NCBI GenBank assembly: GCA_000708835.1
Contig: DF237075.1
Location: forward strand, 1 to 64,000
Source: Klebsormidium nitens
Taxonomy: Eukaryota > Plantae > Klebsormidiophyceae
DNA: 64,000 nt
Direction: 5' to 3'
The notes below the pieces were generated by a model. The model searched no databases and was not told the DNA's origin. It saw only the letters and a list, made by a program, of their open reading frames with translations. A program made the position numbers and the translations under genes. This document shows, one piece after another, positions 48,944 to 61,400 of this stretch; positions within the stretch are counted from its first letter, which is position 1; each line of letters begins with the position of its first letter.

Positions 48944-51900
48944 CTAATCTAATCTAAGGCTTCTACTCCAAGTTAGTTTCCCTTCTTCTCTAGACCCTTC
49001 TTCAAGGCATGTGGTAAGTCCTGGATTAGCAACTGCAGCGCCTCCATTGCCGGAGCAGGCACCGCCGACGCCGACGTAAGTACATGGATCAGAACTCAGT
49101 CAACCGACCAACCATCGAGTCTGAGAGTGGGAAACGCAAGCCATGCAAGGGGGGCACCGATTCGACAGGTTGCCATATGCAAGATCTGGATTTGTCTCAC
49201 AACTTAACAGTAGTTTTTGATTAGCTGCTCAATCAGCTGATGCACTCCAAATGGGGACCGAGGTGAGGATGAACGCCCTTTTTACTTCTTGGTACGGCCT
49301 GGGCCTCTGTACGGAAAGACTCCACATTCAGTCGCGCATCTTTAGGTCAGTCAAGACGCGAACGCTTGTCGAAGGTCGTCTGCTCAGAAAGTTTGGGACC
49401 TTCTTTACCTGACCTTGGATAAGACGGCCAAGACCTGTTAACAAACTTACAAGCCCTAACGACTCACTGGGCGCTACCAATGACGATCGTCAAGGAACTA
49501 CGATCTTTTCACAGTGCAAAGAAGCATTACCTATGAGCTCTGTTGTCTTTGTCCTTGCCGCCTAACCTGCTGCAACACGAGAATCATCATATTTTAAGGG
49601 TTACACTTGATCATGGTAGCTTGAAAGCTCTTTCATGCTGAAATTGAGTTTGACGGTCCGCTAGTGACAGCAACTGTTTACTCGGTTTAAGATCTTCCAA
49701 GCACCCAACGCACGAGTTTCTATGTATAAGCTTAGGCTATATCGACTGAGCGGCTTCAGTACTTTACAGAATATGGGCGGCTACACGGGTATCAATCACT
49801 TTGACTTGCTTTCCATCAGGCATAGGGGTCTCTTTGTCCACGTCTTCTCCAGAGGCCCTCAATGATATGGTTTTCTTCACAATCTTATGAAGATGCTTCA
49901 GCTTGGCATGACGTCCAATGAAGGCCAGACCCATTGATATGGCTATGGTAGCACCAAGGACGATCCAAAGGCCAGAGACCTGCATAAAAGGGCAGCTCGT
50001 GTGTGAGCGGCTTGTGGACTTTGGTTCGCTTGTCATCAGATGATCGATTGGGCAAAGAGCGGCAATGTGCTGCTTCGCTTCTCGGAAACAGCCCGTGACT
50101 CTGAAAGCATTTCAGAAGCAAGCCGCCATCGATTATCATCCGTACCCTTCACAGTAGCGAGGATTCAGAACCGATCTGATAGAGCGGATCATCAACCTCG
50201 AACCAGCGGCACAGGTCCGAACTTCTAGCCTCTACTTCCACGGACCGGAGCCACGAAGTAGTTTGTGCGGTCTCGTTTAACGAACCAGCCAAAATGATGT
50301 ATTTAAATTCTTACTGTGACTATACTATCGATCAGAGCCGACCGTGACAGCTCTAGAAAGCATTTTTGACCAAACAGGGCACTATAGGCAAAGCTTCCCC
50401 GCCTGCAAAGTTTCACATTCAGACTTATTGGCTATCTGACAACGCCCGACGTAAGAACCCACAATTTAGAAGGTCAGATCCGGAGTTGTCTACCTGATTG
50501 AATGTGACCTGCTGTTCCGTGCCCGCTGCCTCATTCGCGCATATTGTCGAAGTAGGCTGGATGAAGTTCTTGTGAAGATGCGCCAGCTCAGAATTCTCCT
50601 CCAGCGCCAAAATTGCGGTGCTGAACGCGTCAACCAGGGGGGCGGTTGCGTTTTGCCAGAAGGCCAACGCTCGGTTGTCCTCCGTTATGCAGTCCCCCAC
50701 CTGCATCAATGAACCACGGTCGTCTACGCTTAGCTCCTCGCCAGCTTATTTTGCTGGTCATGACGGTATGTTGTCTCCATGTTGTCCTTCGATCTCCGCC
50801 GTCCATCTTGAAGGTCGCCAGGTTCACTCAGTATGAGGAACTGGAGCCAAACGCTTGGCACTGGCAGGAACTCTAAGTGAGGAGTGCTCCTATAAATGAG
50901 TCAAACTTGACGACGTACGTGTTGGTTCCACATTTTAGGAAACGGCCAAGAACTTCTGTCAAGCCGGACTTGTGAACCCCTGAGAACGGAGAAGGTGGGT
51001 CAAGCAATGCTTACAGGATCACAAGGTTGATAACCAACTCAAATTTCGTCTGGTAAGAGGTCTGGAAATGCTGAAGAAACATTATTGGGGTTCAGATTCA
51101 ACCGACCGTGAATTATCAGCGCGCTTCTTTTCGATGCTGTGCAACCTGCGATGAAAGTGCGCGATCAAGTCCCCTGAACACTTACAGCTACGCCTTTCAA
51201 CTCATGGTACTGCCGGATGTGCAGATCGCAGACCGAGGCTTCAATGAAACCTCGAGTATTGATGAAGTATGGTTGAATACTGCACCTTGTAAAATTCACA
51301 ACGTGTCGCACTTGTGTAGTCCACAAATCCACAATCCCAGACGAGGCCCTCGATGGCTCCCGTCGCAAGTTGCTGTAGCATGTCTTCTGTCTCAGCGGGG
51401 TTCTGCCTGTGACAAAGTTAAGGGAGCCTCTGAGGTGAGTGAGGACCTTTGCTTCGGTCTGCCAGCGAATGAACACGTCTTAGCAAGTGCTCGTTGAGAT
51501 CGGAAAGGGGTTTGCTACCATCCTCAAAATGGATATATCGACGAAGTCCGTGCTCACAGTTTGGTCTTTTTTGGACCTTTCGCGACCTGAGAAAGGGCTG
51601 GGACGACTTCAGCAGTATCGAACGCACCATTATCACTCAAGCAAAGCAAAGCGGGGTGAAGATATAGACCAGAAAGAAAGATGCAAGGGATGTACTTACG
51701 GGGCAAACAGTACGGTTGGATTCCAACCGTTCCGGTGCATGCTGTCTACTGTATTGTTATAGGCACCCCAACTCCTTCCCTGCAGATCGCTGATTGCTGC
51801 ACGAAGAAGTCGACCACTGTAAAGATTTCTCCAACTTTCATCTGATTGAGTGGGAATGAATGCAGGATTGTCTCGAGTCAAAGTTATTGTGACGTTTTGA

Positions 51901-54900
51901 AGCCGCGGAATTTACATAAGAACAAGGTAAACTGCGGAAAGCTGAGACCTCGAACAAGAAAGCTCAACAATAGCTACGAATAATGTTGATTTTTGATGAG
52001 CGCCTTCAAGCTAGTTTCAATCAATGGATTTGCAACTCACATTGAATGCTCACATCAACCTGCGAAGCCGTGAGGATGGCAGCTGCGTTTCCAGTATACA
52101 TGGCCACCAGGAGGAGGATGAGAAAGGCCCAAACGAAGATGATGATTCGGGACGGAAGGGAGAAGGCTCTCATTGGGTCGGCTGCATTCACGATTTGCGC
52201 CCCAGCTGCACGAAAGCACAAAGCATATCAGAGATTGTACAACTCAATTCAAAGCTCAGTGATTCATATGACGTGCTTTTAGAGCTCACGAGAAGGTGAC
52301 AATTCCCGAGGGGCTTGCTATCAGCTCTTTGTGCAGAAAAAACTTCGGGAGAAGACTTAGCTGAAGATGCGGCTTTGTCAAAATGATTCTACGATTCCTA
52401 CCGCTCTTTAGATTCAAAACCCATTGTTGGCGGTCGAGATTGCATAGCTCATGAAGTGTCTGGGCTAATGAAGAGCCTGGGCCGGCGTCCGCCTCATGGT
52501 CCTTTCTTAAATAGCGCCGCGATCAGAAGACCGCAAAATGCAAAGCTTGCTGCCAAGGATGATCGCCGCGCTAAGCCCACGCAAAGCGTTCGACTCATGC
52601 AAACCCTGCCAGCCTAGACAAATGTCCAATGCTGAGGCAAGGGACGGCTTTGAAGCAGCTTCGAGTGGCCAGTGCTCTCAAGTGACGACTGCAAGTGACG
52701 ACAAATATACGCAGCTAGTAGCTCAATCAGACTTTCAAACTCACCAGACCAGACCAGTTCCACGACGCCAACATCGTCATCTTTGTCCTCGACGCGTCTG
52801 GCTGCTTTTGGCTTTGTCACGATCTCTACAACCCAGGTTGAGACGCCCACCGCCAATGCTACAAAAGGAGCACTCTGATGCATCAGATTAAAGCAGCTTG
52901 TACTCAATAGAGCCCCTCAAAGTACGGAATCAACTCTCTTTTTTGTATGTTTCAGACCTGAAAGCCTGCACCTATAAACTCCGGCTCAGACTTACAAGAT
53001 GATCGGTTTTTGGCTTTGGCGCCGATCGCAATTGCCCTCATCTGCAGTCGCTATACGTTCAACTCCCAACTTCTTCTAGACATCACCTCGAAAATTCACC
53101 CCCGAATATACATTTCTCAGAGGGCAGTACTTCAAACGTCGTAGAGAGCTTCAAAGCATTTGAATAGTCCATAGTGTCAGGCGCTCGCTACTTATCGCCA
53201 GAACCCTGTTCTCTTTGCAACGAGGGATACCACATTTGCTCAAAGCTCCCTAAAACAAATTCGCATACGTTTTTACATGAACCTCAGAGGAAATGGGCTT
53301 CAAGAGGCCTACCAGAAAGAAACAAGAAGAGCCAGACCACCCAGTTGAAGGGTCTTAAAAACAACCACTTGTTAGTTCTTCTGCCTCTTGCATAGACCTG
53401 CAAGAAAGCACTCGATCAACGATAAAGCTAAGGTGGCAAACGAACATCATGACTGCTGAGCTTTGGGAAACCTGTATGTCCTCAACATCTGATCCAGCTG
53501 GAATGGAGTATATCAGCTACAAGCCAATTTGCAGCACCACCACCCAAGACTAGCGACTCAAAACAAAGATGCAAAAGCTTTTTACCAGGAATCTTGGAAA
53601 ATTTGCATAAGTCTGCATCTGAAGTCAGAGTAGCGAAGGTCTCCGGCGTAATCTGACACGTACGTGATCGGGGAGTAGACATCTGACATGGTTTTGCTTA
53701 CCATCAGCCCCTGACCCGTGTGATAATCTGGATATGCAAACTGAATGCCGGCTTCAATCCTTCTAAGCAGGATCTGCAATAGCACACAAGCTCCACCTCA
53801 TGAGAACAGATCATGAGACCAGGCAAATGCAAATAAGCAAAAAGCTTCGCATTCAAGCAACAAGCCATAATCAAGCTGTTGCTGTAAAGCATTCTCTGTC
53901 GCGCTCGTAACCTCTGTTTGTGCTCTTAACTCATGGAACATTTCATTACATTTTCAACGTGATACACTTTCAATGTGCGCAAGCTTATCATGAGCGACCT
54001 CCGCAAATCTGCTTCAACGCCAATCACACAACAGTCTTTCCCACAGCTTGTCACACAACTGGCTGAACACCAAGAACAACTATTGACTTGTGCGAAATTG
54101 CATCTATCTGTCCGCCTCTAATAAGGACAATACACAGACCAAAAGCCGCTCGCAGCGAGCAAAACCTACCGTGATGCTGGCCGTTGCCATGTCACATATG
54201 CCACTAGGGTCTGTCAGGTCTCTAAGCATAGTTGCATAAGTCATGCACACAAGCCGGTAATTGTCTGGCTTCCAGCCAACGATGCTGGCCGCCCTCCTGA
54301 ACATTTCTGGGGAATAGCCTGCTTGATATGAAAACGATTGAGAATAAGATGCTTGTAATAAATTTGGGCTCCTTGTAAGCCATTTGCATGCTTCAAATTA
54401 AACAGCTAGGCAGGTCAAAATCAAGAGCGCTGGAACGTACCTGCGAAGAAGCACACAATCTGTGACCCTGATTCAATTTCAAAAGTCGGCTTTCTGAATT
54501 GGCATGTTACAAAATTTGGTGCCATCTATACATTCAGATCTCCTACCATTTTAAACCAAAAAACTTTCCGGAGATGTGAGCTTTGGTCATAAGCGTCCTT
54601 TCAGGTAAGCATCTGTTGACGGCGCTTAGAAGGAGCTCAAGGCGAGTTCTTGAGATAGCTACTGACACAACACAGATCACAGCTATGTGACCTTCTAATC
54701 CCTTGCCATCGGAACTAACTTGTTGCCACCCCATTATACATGCTTTGCAGCCCCTAAAGTTGCGCAATGGATGCTCACCCGAGAAATCTGAAGGGCTTGA
54801 CTGCCCCTCAATGCATTGCACGTAAGGTGCAAAAGGGGCGGTGCAGACAGTGTAGACCTCTCCTGCATTGATTGTTCCATTTGCCCCGAGCAGCCTGGAC

Positions 54901-54992
54901 TCCCCTCTTGCCCAAAACGATACGCACAGCAAAGTTGCCAGCAGACCAGGTGCAAAAGCCATGCCGAAGGGCTTCTGAGTGACCGTCCTCAT
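48944..54992 (-). CDS. Ionotropic glutamate receptor-like channel (signal peptide, S1-M1-P-M3-S2-M4) with no amino-terminal domain; 3' end (last exon and stop near 48944) tentative
   Basis: S1: VCTAPFAPYV...CDMATASIT...IQFAYPDYHTGQGLM. Pre-M1: WLFLRPFNWVVW. M3: SRIIIFVWAFLILLLVAMYTGNAAAILT (SYTANLAA-like). S2 end: DAFSTAILALEENSELAHLHKNFI. M4: SGLWIVLGATIAISMGLAFI. Confidence 0.82.
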
Positions 54993-55543
54993 ATTTGACA
55001 ATGGCGGCCTGCCCGCAAACACGAAAGCGCAAAGAGTTCTTCTTGGTAGACTGTGGGATGCCTGAATCTGCTAGACTTGGATTAGCGCACAGAGCCACCA
55101 TCTGTTACACCCGGGGCTGCACCTATCTGCGTCATCCGCCGCGCTAGCGGACATGGCTATTTTGCCATAGCTGGAAGAGCTGGACATGTCGTCAGTGTCT
55201 ACATACACGCCAAGCCACCTTACTTCAACAAGTGGTATATGGTATCCAAAAGGTATGACTAGCTGAAGTTCACCATGCGGCTCCTCAAGCTTGACAACAA
55301 TGACTCGTTGCTTGTCTAATCGAATCATGTAAAAGACAGACCATGCCAAGAGTCAGACTCTCAAGCATCATGCAGGATGAGCACGGCCGCTGCAGCCAGC
55401 TGCAGCCTCCGGTCCTTTTCATTTCGCCTTGGCCCGGCGCTGCCATCATTGGTAGGTAATTCCTTTCTGTGGGACTATCAGTCACCTCAATCACCTCTGG
55501 TCTTAGACAAGTCAAGACCATGCCGCATTCGGCATTCTGCTTG

Positions 55544-55570
55544 CAATACCTACAATACCTACAATACCTA
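55544..55570 (+). repeat. 9-bp tandem repeat (CAATACCTA)x3
   Basis: Read directly from the sequence. Confidence 0.85.
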
Positions 55571-56003
55571 CGGTAGCATTGGAATTCGGTCATTCGCTTG
55601 TACCTACTACCTACCGTAGTAGCCATTCCAGTGAAATTTGGAGCTTGGAAGGATCGCCTCAGAGTCGCATCGGTAGTACTACCCGGGGGCTCAGGCAGCT
55701 CAGAACTTCAGAAAGCTGCATGAGTGCACAAGTAGTAGTACCTTGCTGTACAGTGTAACCTACTTAGGTAGTAACTGAAGCACCGTACGGCGTACCAACT
55801 TACCAAGATACGGTAAACCCTCTCATGATCACCTCGTACCAATTACCACTACCTATCATGGCGGGAGTGTAGCAAGTAGGACAAAGTACGCTGTTATATT
55901 TGTGTCTCCGGTCGATCTGTCAGTTTGCGTCACATGGCGTCATCCTGTGCACTGTGCTGACATCGGCCACTAGCTGCCGGTCTGAAATGTGTGTCGAGAC
56001 TCG

Positions 56004-56604
56004 AGACTGGCAAGTCACTGGCGCAAAACTATCAAAGTAGACTCCTTTTGTTAGTGTCTCCGCCACTCTGATTGGTGTGAAGAACTCTCGACCCACCTGG
56101 AAGCACCTGAAGTGTGACGATTATTGCACTCTGTCAGTGGTTACGGGAGTGGTTATAACGTTGACAATGAGACTGACATCGACATCGACATTGACATCGA
56201 CATCGACATTCACCCGGGGCACTTACTGTGACATTAGGGTTACGTTGCAAACCTGTGACGGTTCACGCCAATCTACGAGCGCTTTGTTAGGGTTACGCCA
56301 TTTCCAAGTGACATTAGGGTTACTCACTGACAGTGACAACCGGGCAGAGTTCTTTTGGTTTTAGTGTTGTAAGCCATTTTTCCTGACCCGGTTCCATCTG
56401 TACTAGAATCAGTACGGCAAAGTGTACGGTAAAGTCTGACATTCTGACACAGGTTTGTTCAAAGGACGCGGATACCCTGTGAACCCATCATCCCGCGTGT
56501 AGGATGTTTTTACACTATCTGGGAGCCTGAGACACTAACAAAAGGAGTCTACTTCGTCGTACTAGCGTCACTGGCAAGTCACTGGCAAGTCACTGGCAAG
56601 TCAG
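56004..56604 (+). repeat. 11-bp minisatellite (ACTGGCAAGTC) present on both sides of the MITE-like element
   Basis: One to two units at about 56006-56022 and three units at about 56570-56603. Confidence 0.75.
56035..56554. mobile_element. MITE-like non-autonomous DNA transposon, about 520 bp
   Basis: Perfect 26-bp inverted repeat: AAGTAGACTCCTTTTGTTAGTGTCTC (56035-56060) and GAGACACTAACAAAAGGAGTCTACTT (56529-56554). A TA near each outer end is compatible with a Tc1/mariner-type TA target duplication. No transposase ORF inside. The interior has (GACATY)x6 and several TGACATTAGGGTTAC motifs. Confidence 0.65.
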
Positions 56605-58431
56605 ACTCCAGAGGCCCAGGGAATCGGGATCTGGATTCTATCATCTGTTTGCTGGTCCGGAGGTGTGCACACTGCAGTGCGCACTAAGAGTACCGGTATG
56701 CGGTGCCAGCTCCCGGCCGAGTGGAGAATCCACTCGGGCCTCGGCTTAGCTCGCGGAGAACTTACCATGCACGGGCCAGGCACCCGGTTTCTGCCCAAAT
56801 TCGATGCCCGGGGCTAGTCAGCTGGCCAAGTGGCTGCCCAGTACCGAGTCCCGACTCCCGTGACGGGTCACCGGACGGTTGCTTGTACCAGTTCAAATTA
56901 ATTCTGAATGTGTTCAAGGTGTACTGCTTTCAATGGGCGTGCCGCGTACGGCGTTTGAGGTCGGGACTTGGGCGTTGGGGTTGAAGAAGCCCACGTGGCT
57001 ATGGCGGCGACCCTGATGCGGCAAAAATCCAGTTCAACGTCGCTGCAGCATGCGCAGTGATCTGTTCGACGAGTCTGGGCGTTAATTTCGACGAGCTAGC
57101 TACCTACTCCCCTCCTACTCCATAGTATCTTCCTACTGCTACACTGCTATACTCATAAAATTTTCGCAGCGACCGAAACTGCGGTATCCTGTAGGCTGTG
57201 GTTTCCAGTCTGAAATACGAATACCGGTACGCCCTCTTCAAGGTACGGTAAGTAGTCTCTAGCCGGGTGGTAACCGATCATACCCGATGACCGACGCGGG
57301 CTTGTGCTACCTACGTAGGACGACACCTCTGTCAAGTGAGGCGACGTGGCCGCTTGGCAGCGAGGAGATGCTTCAAGCCCCTTTCTGCAAGGCGATTGCA
57401 ATCTCATAAGGTGCCGGAACGTCAAGTACCCAGACTGGTTGTAGAGTTAGAAACTCTTCGCAGTCTTTGGAAAAGTCGTTGCTAAGGTACTCCTTGAGCT
57501 CGCGCCAGGCTTGCTCGGAGCTCCATTGACTAAGGAGAAGGCCTGCAAAATTCCCTTACAGTCTGTACATTACCCAGGCTGCAAGAGTCTCCAAGAGTGT
57601 TTAGAGATATAAGGAGCTGTTGGTAAGAGTGGAAGAACATTACACCAAAAGGGAGCTACAGTAGCCGATCAGACGAAGAGGAGAAGGCGCGAAGAAGTCC
57701 GTACAAGCTAGCGTGTCCCATATATCATTATGCAGCTTCCATGCGCTAGTTCAATGGACCCGTTGTTTTCTGCGCAATTGAGGAGACACATGTACAACTG
57801 CACAAGGCCGTCGGCAATGCCGGGTTGCGGGCTCATTAAATCACTTGCATTGATACTCTTTACTCGAGACAATCGCCTATGTCGGATCATAAGTCATGAG
57901 CCATGCAACATATGCATTGCCCATACAGCAGCTATACGTCCATCGATGCACGTCTTTGGGCTGGCACGGGTCAGTGACCGCGCCAGCACCTCAGTGGGCG
58001 GAGTCATCTATATGACTTAGGGGCAGTCATCTATATGCAATAGTGCAGGCCGCCATGTTTGGAAGAACGGCGAGTCAGATGATCCCAAAAAGCCCGAATA
58101 AGCTCTACGCTCACAGCGTAGTTTCCAGCTTCAGCTCTCCGATTGTATCGCATTGCTGAAACCTGCTGCCCGCAAAGGATGAGCATGCCAGCTACATGAG
58201 TAGATGCCGAACGTCAACATGTGGCAGCGCGGTCTAATTTTTGGAACTAGCTAAAATTGATCATACCTTCACAACAATGTGACTTAGCAACTCAGCAGAA
58301 AAGATGCCCCGGTCTCTTGGCAAAGGAAGCTGCATGTCAGCTGCGTTGCCTGCTCCTATGCAGACTTGAATCTGCTCCGCATGTGTGCTTCTTCTCCCCT
58401 CAAATGCAGGCGCAATGTCAATACAAGGTTC

Positions 58432-61400
58432 CTAATCGGTCCACTTTGCTCCCGTGACTTTTGCCATGAAGCTGTAGACATCTGCATACTCATCAATCTG
58501 CACACACAAGGAGAAGCTTCCAAGTTAAAAGCATGCGCAGATGCCTGAGACTCCGCTACTTTCAAAGACTTGTCAATTCTGGATCCAAACAGAAGTGTAT
58601 GTTGTAACGAAAGTGCAGCTGGGCGAAATGTAGACTCACTTGACGAACGGGCACACGTTTGTAAACATTCCACCTCAGGAGCGATTTTATTCTAGTAATG
58701 AACGCTCCATTTGACACCCTCATCCAAGCCAAAGACCTTTATCAACCTCGCTCGCAAGACCTTTGTCAACCTCGCTCGCGTGTTGGTCGGGAAACTGGGA
58801 TCGACGATCTCTGACATCCTGCGGGCCAACTACAAACCTACATGAGCATCTCAATGGACAAATTTCTCAGATTGACTTACGATCTTTTGAGTGGGGCGGC
58901 CAGCTCCGTGGCCAGCTTTCGTGTCTATCCGGATAATCAGAGGGTTGGACTGGGGGCTCCCGTTGGCGCTGTTGACAAGCGTGTGCTGGAGAGTCTGTGA
59001 GGAAGGAGAGTCGCGATTGAGCTAAAAGTTCCGTGAACAGCTATTACGTGATCCCTTTAAAACCGTGAATGAAGACACCAGCGGTAATGAAACCTCAAGC
59101 GCAGTTACGAAATCACGCCCCGGTGTGCTTCGAAACAAATCGAAATCTCGTCCGAACGCTTATGACATGAACAGAGACAGCGCGCAAAGTCGCAGCGAGC
59201 CCTGATCGAGCGGAGCTTCAGCGCTTGATGATGTGCCCCTCAAAACCATTCATTTGGCACAAACGTGAGACACAGAAAGAACAAGAACGATGATTGGAAT
59301 TGTGAAGAGACTTCAGCATAGTGTTGGTCGTCTCCAGTCCTCTAGCTCGGATGCGGGCCACTCGCGCTGACTCACGGCGATGAGCTTGAGCGAGTGGAGG
59401 GGTGACACCCGGTCGTCGTGGTCCCCGGTCAGGAGCAGAGTGGCGGGGTACTGTCGGGCAGCGGGGGCGCCGTCGGACGGGGACTCCCACGGCCTTCGCA
59501 CGTTGTGCAACGGCGAGTACCTGCGATATGTGGCAACAAATTTGAAAACACAGGGTGTTGATTAGGGCTTCAGAGAAATTTGAAGAGTTTCTGGGGCAGG
59601 GTTACGAGCAGGCAGGGATCAGGTCCGCGTTCGAGACAGGCAGCCACTGAATTATCTAACACCTTCTGTGTTGTTCGCGCTGTCCTCAACACTTGAGCTC
59701 GAGATTGGGGCACTACCAACTTGCAGTCCATGACGTCGATCTTCAGACATAGTCGTAATCTTGGGTCTGATTCACTTAGAATCTTGTTGTCCGGTTTGGT
59801 ACCCTAACCCGGCGGGGAAAAACCGAGTAGGGTTTGCACTAGAGTGCTGCGAGAGTAGCAGCAAAAGGACGCCGCTCGCTCACTTGATGAGCCATTCAAA
59901 CTGGTCCGCTTTGTCGGCGCATCCGTAGTCGGTCGTCCAAGCGTGCCCGATCGTGAACAGGTGGAAGCGCAACCTGGCAAGAAGCAGACAGCTTCAGAAA
60001 GAGATCCAAATAGCGAGCCCTTGTCAGGAACGAACGTGAGGGTCGCAGAAGAAATACAAGAGGCAGTTCCAGGGTAACGTAGAGGCTGAGCGCATGTCTC
60101 TTCACAGTCGAGCTCTTGGTCACAAAATGGGAGGCAAAGAAGCGAATCTGGTCCTCGCATCGCAAGCCCGTGCGTAGCCAGCCAGACAAGCTACTTCGAA
60201 GCAGTCTGCTCACATGTCCATGACACCCACGTGGGCCAGAGCCGCCCCGTACAAGTCCGGCCGCTGCACAATCAGGACGTCAGAGCGAAGTCAGCTTTTC
60301 TCTTCTCGTTAGAGCTACGCAGGACGAAGTCTTAAAGCCGTCAGGAACTTGAGGGTCTGTTGCGTCCCTCGGGGAACTTGCAGCAACCTGACAGCAGCAA
60401 GCCTGACAGCAGCAAGCAAAGAAGAACGCAGGCAACACGTCATGAGCCCATGCCAACGCCCCGCCCTTTCTAGTTTCCTAAAGTGAAGCCTGCTACATCT
60501 CTGAGCAGTTGTACTAGCGCAGTTGGAGCAGGCGGTGGTTTGCTGACTTGATTGATGCAGGCTGCAACGAGCAGGCCCCCGTTACTGCCGCCCTCGATGG
60601 CCAGCCGTGCAGGAGCAGTGTATCCGGAGTTGATCAGGTACTCGGAGCACGCCTGGAAGTCGTCGAAACAGTTCTGCGCAAGAGCACGGAAACAAGGGTC
60701 TCAGTTCTGTGCTTTAGGCTTGAGACGGTCGATTCCAACGCCACAAGGACGGAATGCTGTGCTGTGCGCGGAGGAAGAACAAAGGAGCCGATCTTGGGCG
60801 TCGAGAACCGGGTCGAAATCTAGTGATGAGTTTTGATTAGAGGGAGCTTCTACCCGAATCAGAGAATTTGGCCGCGCTATTCATTGGCTTCAGCGTCTGC
60901 CCCGCAGTAAGCAACCAGCTCTGGAGACAGCACAGCAACTGTTCAGAACATTCTCGCGTATCTTCAGTGCACCGGTTCTTGTTCCCAAGGTCGGCAAACG
61001 TTGGGCAATTTCGGACCTGGCTAACCAAGAAATACTTGAAACATGATATCAGCCAAATACTAATAGTTGGTAGTTTTTGCGCAAGTTTAGGACTTTGGCC
61101 CTAACGAAGCTTACGGCTTTCCTGCGTTTTCACCTTATGCCTTCAGTATACTAATCAGCGAAGTCGATCGCGCTCCTTGACCTGCCTCTTGAAAATAACC
61201 AGAGGGTTACTCCAAGGGCCAAACCGTACCTGTTTGTTGGCAAGAGACCCCGCCTTGTGCCACGTCTCCCCGTACTCTCCTCCCCCCCGGATATTCGCGA
61301 TAGCAACAACGGCGCCGTAGTGGCGCATCAGGATGACACGCGCAACACTGAAACTAGGCGTGAGAGAAATGTTGAAGCCGCCGTAGCCATACAGCAGCGC

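Noticed and set aside
11877-54992. Idea that the two channel-like genes and the MFS transporter form a functional cluster
   Set aside because: They are separated by unrelated housekeeping genes, and eukaryotic gene order here gives no evidence of co-regulation.
57153-57530. Short minus-strand ORFs (e.g. QWSSEQAWRELKEYLSNDF..., ORF 57153-57425) near the MITE
   Set aside because: These could be transposon relics, but no DDE or other motif is recognisable.
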